DNA of 64,000 nt. It comes from Eledone cirrhosa. Taxonomy: Eukaryota. Below the pieces are notes generated by a model. That model was not told the origin of the DNA. It did no database searches and saw only the letters and a list, made by a program, of their open reading frames with translations. Of the stretch, positions 55,720 through 64,000 are shown in pieces. Both the position numbers and the translations under genes were made by a program. The DNA lies in NCBI GenBank assembly GCA_964016885.1, contig OZ024743.1, forward strand, positions 173,786,001 through 173,850,000, given 5' to 3'. Every line of letters begins with the position of its first letter. Position 1 is the first letter of the stretch.

Positions 55720-55851
55720 ATATGCATATGCTATAAGCGTTCTTTGTTATTTATTTATTATATTACGGCTCTGTCCTTACATTGAGCTAACCTCATACTG
55801 CCTGCTGGATAAGTGGAGTGTTATACACCCCTGATCCTTTCCCTAGCATAC

Positions 55852-56084
<233 letters not shown>

Positions 56085-56332
56085 TCATCATCATCATCAG
56101 GTTTAGCGTCCGTGTTCCACGCTTGCATGGGTTTGGACGGGGGTTTTCCCACTTGAGGCAAGAGTGGTTGTCTTGCTCGCATAGGACTGTCTGGCGGGTT
56201 TTCTACAGCTGGATGCCCTTCCTAACACCAACCACATTTACAGTGTGGGGCTGGGAGGTTTTTACCGTGTTGCCTACACGGCCACATTTACAGCGTGGAC
56301 TGTGTGTTTTTTTTGTCGTGACACCTACACGA

Positions 56333-56336
<4 letters not shown>
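56085..56336 (-). mobile_element. 3'-terminal ~250 bp of the RTE copy 1 subfamily
   Basis: Near-identical to 41417-41673. Confidence 0.9.
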
Positions 56337-56421
<85 letters not shown>

Positions 56422-56709
56422 TGTATATATAGTGTATTTTGCAATACACTGTATGCTTAATTAAAAGCATTTCGAAGAACTTACGCTATTGTTTTAGAGT
56501 AGTGACAGTCTCACTTACTTTAAATTTTCAGCAAACAGGGGAGATAAAGCTGACAGAGCTCTGTTTCGTACTTTTTGGTACTTATCAAAACTAAGTACTC
56601 CACCTGTTTGCTGAAAATCATGAATGTTTGATTCTTATAGAATTCTAGTAATAATCAGGAACTGATTATACAGAGCGGTTGCCGGTCAAGCAGAAATTGA
56701 AAATTAGAA

Positions 56710-56753
<44 letters not shown>

Positions 56754-56755
56754 GG

Positions 56756-57018
56756 AGGCACATGGCTTAGTGGTTAGAGCATTGGCCTTGCAATCGAAAG
56801 GTTGTGAGTTCAATTCTCAGACCAGGTGATGTGTTGTTTCCTTGAGCAAGACACTTTATTTCACATTGCTCCAGTTTACTCAGCTGTAGAAATGAGATGA
56901 TAGGGACGTGTAGGAGCCACGGCAAAAAAAGCACCCAGCACTCACTGTAAATGAGGTTGGTGTTAGGAAGGGCATCCAGCTGTAGAAATCAAGCCCGTCC
57001 CACCCTTGCAAGCAGGGA
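56756..57018 (+). mobile_element. SINE family B, internally shortened, with a tail matching RTE copy 3
   Basis: Head and CORE-like segment as at 37849. Ends CCCGTCCCACCCTTGCAAGCAGGGA. Confidence 0.87.
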
Positions 57019-57057
57019 TATATATATATGTATATATGTATATATATATATATATAT

Positions 57058-60000
57058 CATCATCATCATAATCATCATCATCATCATCATTTTACGTCCG
57101 CTCTTCCCTGCTTGCAAGGGTGGGATGGGTCTTATTCAGCACAGCATCTCTCCACTTGTCATGGTCCTTCGTCATCTCCACCGTGAGCTTCAGCGATCTG
57201 AGTTCTGTTCTCACCACCTCCGCCCATGTTTTTCGTGGTCTACCTCTACCACGTCTTCCTTCAACTGGCATTTCCTGGCACTTCTTCACCCATCGGTCAT
57301 CCTCCATGCGCATCACATGTCCATACCACCTCAGTCTCCTCTCTCGCACACTACATTCTAGCACTCTCAGACACAGTTTCTCTCTTAACACATTCATGCT
57401 GGGTCGTTCACGCACATTGACACTGCACATCCAACGGAGCATGCTTGCCTCATTTCTCTCCAGCCATCGCATATCCTCTGCAGTTGCTGCCCATGTCTCA
57501 CTACCATGCAGCATCGCACTCCTCACACAGGCATCGTATAACCGGCCTTTCGTACGCAGGGAGAAACCCTTCTTCGTCAGCAGAGGAAACAGCTCCCTAA
57601 ACTTCTTCCAACCCATCCTTATTCTAGATACTATGGCCTCGGAACACCCCCCTCCCATGCTAATCTGATCTCCTAGGTACCGGAAGCTATCCACCACTTC
57701 TATAGCACCCGCCTGCATTTGAAAAATGTGTCTATCAATGCGACTTCTACTGTCTAATTTCCTTGTACATCTACTGCATACGTATTTCTCCCTACCTGTT
57801 AGTTTGCCTGCTATCCCGCTACATCTCTTGTGTGCCCAGGATCTGCATGGTGTGCATTTTATAGAATTTATGCCAGTTCCTTTTCTGCATATCGAACATG
57901 GCCATTTCCCTGACGGAATCAGAGTTTTGTCCTCTTTTCTACTCATCAACACTTTTGTCTTAGCTAGGTTCACTCTCAGTCCTCTTGCTTCCAACTGCTG
58001 TTTCCATAGCCAGAATTTATTCTCTAGCTCCTCTACTGATTCTGCTATAAGAAGCAGATCGTCAGCATAGAGAAGTACCCATGGACAGCCAGTCTTAAAC
58101 TCCTCTGTTATGGCTTGGAGGACTATAATGAACAAAGCGGGCTGAGGACCGAACCTTGATGTACTCCTACTTGTATCTGGAATTCCTCACTAAACTCCAT
58201 TCCTACCCTGACTTTACTGAGAGTACCTCTGTACAAAGTTTGCACTGTCCTCACAAGCCATTCCTCAACACCTAGTTTCCTTAGGGACCACCAGATGACA
58301 GATCGGGGTACCCTATCAAAGGCCTTCTCTAGGTCAACAAAGGCTAAGTATAGTGGCTTATTTTTCTCTAAGAACCTCTCTTGTAATTGTCTCACCAAGA
58401 AGAGGGCATCTGTTGTACTCTTTCCAGGCACAAAACCAAACTGCATCTCATCTAGTTTGATCCTTTCTCTAATTAGTTGTGCTAATATCCTTTCTGCCAC
58501 TTTCATAACCTGATCTATCAGTTTTATACCCCTATAATTGCTCCTCTCCAGAGCATCCCCTTTACCTTAGTAGCAATTTATGAGAATACTGCTGCACCAG
58601 TCTTTGGGTATGACACCACCATGTATAGCCTGATTGATGATGCGTGCAACCAGTTTAGTGCCTACGTTCCCTGATGCCTTCAGCATCTCAGCAACTATCC
58701 TCAATGGTCCAGCAGCCTTACCATTTTTCATTTCCTTAATCGCCTCTTGGACCCTATATTCGTCAATCTCAATAGCTGGTCCTTCTGTTGGATCTACTGA
58801 GGGTAATTTCTCTCTGTCCCATTCGTTCTCCACATTCATCAGTCTCTCTTAATGACATATCCAGGCCTCCTTTTTCTTATCATTCGTGATACTAAGTACA
58901 CTGGCATCATTCCGGACACATTTATCTCCAACAACATCCTGATTTGCATTGACACACTGCCTTGCAATGTGGAACACCGCACGCCTCTGATCTTCCCATC
59001 GCAGAACATTGGCAAACCTCCTACTCTCAGCCTCCCTGGGTGCTAAGTACACCTGACATCTAGCTTCTCTCTTAGCGGCTGTATATTCTTACCTACTCCC
59101 ACCCTTTTTCCAAGCCTTCCATGCTAGTCTTTTGTCTCTAATGGCCTTATCTACTGTGCTGTTCCACCACCATGTCACTCTCTGTCTGATTGGAGCTCAG
59201 CTCCAGCCACAAGTTTCATCAGTAGCCTGCAGTAAGTTGTCACGTAAAAAATTCCAGTTATTATCTATGACATACATCTCTAAATCGTCTTCTTTTTCGT
59301 CATACGCATCTTGAAGGGCTTTCTTAAATTTGTATTTTAGTGAAAGGTCTTTTAGCTTCCAGACCTTTCTTTTACATACCTTCCTGTATGTCTCATTCCA
59401 TCTCTTGCTTACTGAGATATCACTAACGACTAACCTATGCTGTGGGGTACATTCTTCCCCAGGTATGCCTTGGTATTAGACACTATCTGCCTGTCCCGCT
59501 CCCTAACTAGTAAGAAGTCAATCTGGCTTATGTGCTCGCCAGATTTGTAGGTTATTAGGTGATTGGCAGGTTTCTGGAAGTTTGTGTTGCAAATAGTCAG
59601 TGTACTTGCATCACAAAATTCAAGAAGTCTCACTCCTTCTTCATTTCTTGAGCCGTAACCGTGCCCACCATGTACCCCAGTGTAACCATCCTGGAGCTGT
59701 CAAACATGACCATTGAAGTCCCCTGCTAGCATAACGATGTCTCCGTCCTCTGTCATTGCGATTGTTTGTAAAAGTTGCTCGTAAAAGCAGTCTTTCTCAT
59801 CTTTGCCTAGGCCTGCTTGGGGAGCATAGGCAGAGATGATTGTCAGTAGTCTCCTACCTACAACTAATCTAAGCTTAATTATTCGATTACTAACTCGAAC
59901 TACCTCTATTGTCTTATTGATCCATCTCTCAGCCAGGAAAATGCCTACTCCCCCTAACCCATCATCCTTACCTACCCAGAAAAGCTTATAGCTAAGATGT

Positions 60001-60300
60001 TTGCCTACGACTAGTCTCGCAGAGGCACCTCTCCATCTCACCTCTTGCATGCAGCACACATCCACATGCCTTCTCTCCAGCATCTCCGCTATTTCAGCAG
60101 ATCTACCTCTGAGAGTGCCAACATTAAGTGTTGCAACTCTGAGATGCGACGTCTTCATATTTTGTTGTTGTTCCTATCTATTTGTTGCTGTGCTGATATG
60201 CGTTTTGGCATTGATACACTGGTTGGATGCCCTTCCTAACACCAGCGCCACTTTACAGCATGGACTGGGTGCTTTTATTTGTGCCACCAGCACTAGAGAG
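57058..60300 (-). mobile_element. RTE-clade LINE copy 3, near full length (5'UTR, AP endonuclease, RT, PHD-type finger), inactivated by stops and frameshifts
   Basis: ATG at 60158. Endonuclease motifs ATLNVGTL, CCMQEVRW, SAYAPQ, GDFNGHV, QIDFLLV. RT motifs KAAGP, QFGF, DLEKAFD, GVHQGSVLSP, LLYADD. ORF ends directly at the (GAT)n tail. Confidence 0.96.
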
Positions 60301-60874
60301 GATGTCTTACTGGACTCAAGGGCCCTCTCTACCCCTCCATTTTACAGCATGGTCATAACCCCCCCCCCCAATAAACCACTTATTGACACGACACGCACAC
60401 ACACTCACACACCAACACTCATGCATACAAACTACAAATACACACGCCACTCACACACCAACACTCATGCATAAAACACATACACACCACTCACACACAT
60501 ACATACATATATATATATTTATTAATTTATCAAATTTTTCCCATCCCCCAACTCATATTCCAGCCCCCACCCCTGATTATTAAATTTTACTAATCTATCT
60601 CCAGCAAAATTTTATTCTAAGTCGTAGCATTTCTGCAACAATTAATTTTATTTATACATTAAAAAACATTAAACATGACAATAAAAATACATTACTAGAA
60701 ATCCCATATGTTATAAAATAAATAGGATGGGTTGGGGTCTCAATATGTAAACTAAATCATTAATTCTGGTTTTTAAAAAAATCAACAGAGACAAACCTAG
60801 AAAAATTACCGACCCCCACCTCTTCCTTACCCCCCCCCCCTATTTAGGACCCAAGACTACACTATTCTTTCAAG

Positions 60875-61215
60875 CATAGTTACGTCCCTTTACGATCTAA
60901 GTTCAAATCCCGCCGAGGTTGACTTTGCCTTTCATCCTTACGGGGTCGATAAAATAAAGTACCAGTAATGCACTGGGTAATTGCTGGCCTTGTGCCTAAA
61001 GTAGAAACAATTATTAGTGGGTATCATTGGTGGATTGGCAGTATTGGTAGAGAGTCGGACGCCATGCTTTCCAGTATAGTTACGTCCCTTTAAGATCTGA
61101 GTTCAAATCCCGCCGAGGTTGACTTTGCCTTTCATCCTTACGGGGTCGATAAAATAAAGTACCAGTAATGCACTGGTAATTGCTGGCCTTGTGCCTAAAG
61201 TAGAAACAATTATTA
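60875..61215 (+). mobile_element. Two tandem SINE family A copies (partial, then full)
   Basis: Two near-identical GTTCAAATCCCGCCGAGGTTGACTTTGCC...GTAGAAACAATTATTA segments. Confidence 0.92.
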
Positions 61216-61575
61216 CCATTTTACATCACTCTCCACACTTGCATGGGTTTGATGTTGAACCATATTCATTTGGAATGGTGAGGTTGCTTTCACAAGCCTG
61301 GCATCGGTTGTCACACATTTCACATTGTCAAAATCTTTGACACAAATCCCAAACACAGCTTTTCATTGCTACAATACCCCAGAATGTTATGAACTTGTCT
61401 AACGCTGATGTAAATTGTTGCAAGGGATGGGGTTTCAGCTATGAAGGAACTCGATTATTTCTTTTGACAATTTCTAGCTCAACAAGAGAAATCTAATCAC
61501 ACAATAACAAAAGTGATGAACTAAAACAAAATGTCTTTTTTTTTTTTTTTTACCTATAAGGTCTTAAGGATGTTG

Positions 61576-61940
61576 TATCATCATCATCTTTTAGCATCCA
61601 TTTTTCCAAGCTAGCATGGGTTAGACAAGTTGTCCTGTTGTGAGCAATGCCAGGTCAGTTGACCATGTCTTGCTCCTACAGAACTGATTTTGGCTTGGTT
61701 TCTACAGTTGGATGCCCTTCCTGACGCCAACCACATTTACAGTGTGGACTAGGTGCTTTTTGTCATGGCCCCTTCACGACCACTTTACAGTGTGGACTGG
61801 TACTTTTTGTCATGACACCTACATGACCACTTTACAGTGTGGACTGGTACTTTTTGTCATGACACCTACATGACCACTTTACAGTGTGGACTGGTACTTT
61901 TTGTCATGACACCTACATGACCACTTTACAGTGGGGACTG
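61576..61940 (-). mobile_element. SINE family B 3' part with an internal 47-bp minisatellite (61736-61940, about 4.3 copies)
   Basis: Homologous to 37120-37330. Unit TTTACAGTGTGGACTGGTACTTTTTGTCATGACACCTACATGACCAC. Confidence 0.88.
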
Positions 61941-62009
61941 GGAAGTTTGTCTTCTATACCCAACAGGTTGTGATTGTATAGCTACAGGTGTTCAATCCCC
62001 TGTAAACCT

Positions 62010-62236
62010 TATAATAATAATACTAATGAAATTGTTGTGTGGAGTACTCGGGTGCACTACAGCTCCTCAGGGGTGCATGTGTGGTACATGGAGTGATGTG
62101 CAGGTGTCGGGGAAGTGAATAGTGTATCGGTCATGATATACATGTTTGCGTGTGTATGGAGAGGGAATATTGGGTGTAGTGTTGGCGAGTTTCAGGAGGG
62201 ATGGAGGTTTTAAAGGATGCAGTGTCTCAACAGCTA
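62010..62236 (-). mobile_element. CR1-group 3' end fragment
   Basis: Homologous to 40664-40895. Confidence 0.83.
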
Positions 62237-62344
62237 ATATGATTAAAGGTTCTAGCAACTGCAGCCATCTTGTATTTTTCTAAACCTGTAGCTACATTAT
62301 TATATATATATATTTTACTGAAAAATAATAATATTTAGTCAAAC

Positions 62345-62645
62345 ATAGCAGTGGAGTCATCTGATGTTCTTGGCCCTTGGACCACCTCCCTACTCATCAC
62401 CATTGGTACCCTGTAACAGTGGAGACCTCTGGTATCCTTGGCCCTCGGACCACCTCCCTACTCACCACCATCAGCATGGAGTTGGCTACCTACATGTGTG
62501 AGCCTCATGAGATGGAATGGTCCTTCCAACGCGTCTCCCTCACCGTTCTCTGGGGGAACACCATCTCTATTTTGTCCACTGGGGGTGCAGAGCAGCCAAT
62601 GCATGGACCCCCATTTACTTATAATAGTGGGAGATGGAGGGAGTA
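62345..62645 (+). mobile_element. CRE-like (restriction-like endonuclease type) non-LTR element C-terminal remnant with a local ~60-bp duplication
   Basis: PVTVETSGILGP...EWSFQRVSLTVLWGNTISIL resembles the PxAVETxGxxG...QRxSxAxQRGNAxxI C-terminus of CRE-clade proteins (recalled pattern). Confidence 0.62.
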
Positions 62646-63679
62646 CTATACCAGAATTGCTGAAGAAACTTGACACATGATAGAAATATTCTATTCCTTG
62701 TAGTTTCTTAGCTCTTTTGTTTTACGTAGAGAAAAAGAAAGCAGTAATGGAAAGGACTATAAATGCCATAAATGAAAGGAAAAGGAGGGAAAGAGCAAGG
62801 ACTATGAGGCGATGGAAGAGAGGGGGAAGGGGGGAGGGCGACAGACTCTATACCTTGGTCAGGGCAGCGTTTCAGCTGAACTAAATTGTAATGGTATTTC
62901 CGCGGACAAGTCTATTATTTTCTTAACATGGTAGGGCATAGATTGAGGGAGGATTGACTGTTGTTTCCAGGAGGTTGCCATTTGTTTAAGTTTGATGTTT
63001 ATTCTGAAGTTGGCCCCTTCTAACTTTAATATCTCCAACCCATGCAATGGAAAAGCAGACGTAAAAACGATGATGATTATGATGTCCTTTTTTAAGTTTG
63101 GGTGTTTTATTTAAAATATACAATGATTTAACAGAAAATACACAGAAAAGGGTTTTCTAACTCAAATATTTATATCTTTACTAGGGGACAGATTGTTGTG
63201 AAAATTTGCAGTATTAGACTTAAGACTAATTTTTAATGTGATGTAGTCGTAGTGTTGTTTTGTAGTTTTTAAGGATGTTTTGTTAATGTGTCTTCATGTG
63301 GTACAGGACATTAACAGTTAAAACAGGGATTTCCTTTAGATGAAGGTTAGTAAGAAATTAAAGATTTCTTTTCATGATTCAGGAATATATTCTTAGAATT
63401 CCTAAAAGACCAGCTGACTAGTGTCACTAGGAATCCCTAAAAAGGAAGAATGAGAGATATTTACTCAGAGAATATCTTTCGTTCTTTCTGTCTTTGGGAA
63501 TCTGTCACAAACATTTTACCTTCTAAAGGTCATTCCAGATTCTTGTACACGCACACGCGTGCGCATACATACATACATACAAAAAGACTTAAAATTAAAA
63601 CAAGAAATACCTCAATAGTGGAGAGACCACTGAGAGTTACTCATGGAGAAAACACATCAAAAGCCACATCTCCCTGACT

Positions 63680-64000
63680 GCTAGGGTATGAACCCTCTCC
63701 TAGTTGTCCTCCTCCAATACTACAGACACACACTCAGGGCTAGGGTATGAACCCTCTCTTAGTTGTCCTCCTCCAATACTACAGACACACACTCAGGGCT
63801 AGGGTATGAACCCTCTCTTAGTTGTCCTCCTCCAATACTACAGACACACACTCAGGGCTAGGGTATGTACCCTCTCCCAGTTGTTCTCCTCCAATACTAC
63901 AGACACACACTCAGGGCTAGGGTATGAACCCTCTCTTAGTTGTCCTCCTCCAATACTACAGACACACACTCAGGGCTAGGGTATGAACCCTCTCCTAGTT
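63680..64000. repeat. 59-bp minisatellite, 5.4 or more copies, running off the right edge
   Basis: Unit GCTAGGGTATGAACCCTCTC(C/T)TAGTTGTCCTCCTCCAATACTACAGACACACACTCAGG. CTAGGG starts at 63681, 63740 and 63799. Confidence 0.97.

Larger units (their letters stand above)
52292..55763. repeat. Giant palindrome, arms ~1.75 and ~1.73 kb, essentially no spacer; putative non-coding Penelope-like foldback element
   Basis: Centre CCGGTTCGAGTG-CACGTA-CACTCGAACCGG. Arms are reverse-complementary out to ATATAATAAATAAATAACAAAGA. Mirror ORFs appear in the track (53316-53627 +, 54434-54745 -). Confidence 0.97.

Noticed and set aside
61736-61940. Origin of the 36-bp satellite from the 47-bp SINE-derived unit
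   Set aside because: Only short words (TTACAGTGT, GGTAC, ACACCT) are shared, too little to support homology by eye.
62854-63047. Minus-strand exon (donor-like CAAG|GTATAG at 62854; 62-aa ORF)
   Set aside because: The open frame stops just before the donor, its start lies in an RTE-tail fragment, and no homology was recognised.

Overview
Repeat-dense, AT-rich eukaryotic DNA with no prokaryotic features. The SINE and RTE repertoire suggests an octopod cephalopod; this is inferred from remembered repeat families, not from a search. Bases 1-34257 are a 36-bp satellite with internal palindromes, nested higher-order duplications, and three copies of a cassette made of a SINE plus a 70-bp dimer block. 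Bases 34257-64000 are a mosaic: three decayed RTE LINEs with a PHD-type finger, CR1 and CRE fragments, two tRNA-derived SINE families, a hAT-type MITE, mini- and microsatellites, and possibly one terminal host exon. The most striking element is a ~3.47-kb, almost spacer-free palindrome (52292-55763, centre 54038/54039). Each arm ends in an outward-facing minimal type I hammerhead ribozyme motif, which suggests a non-coding Penelope-like or retrozyme-like foldback element. No intact protein-coding gene is supported; the long ORFs in the satellite are artefacts of its 12-codon period.
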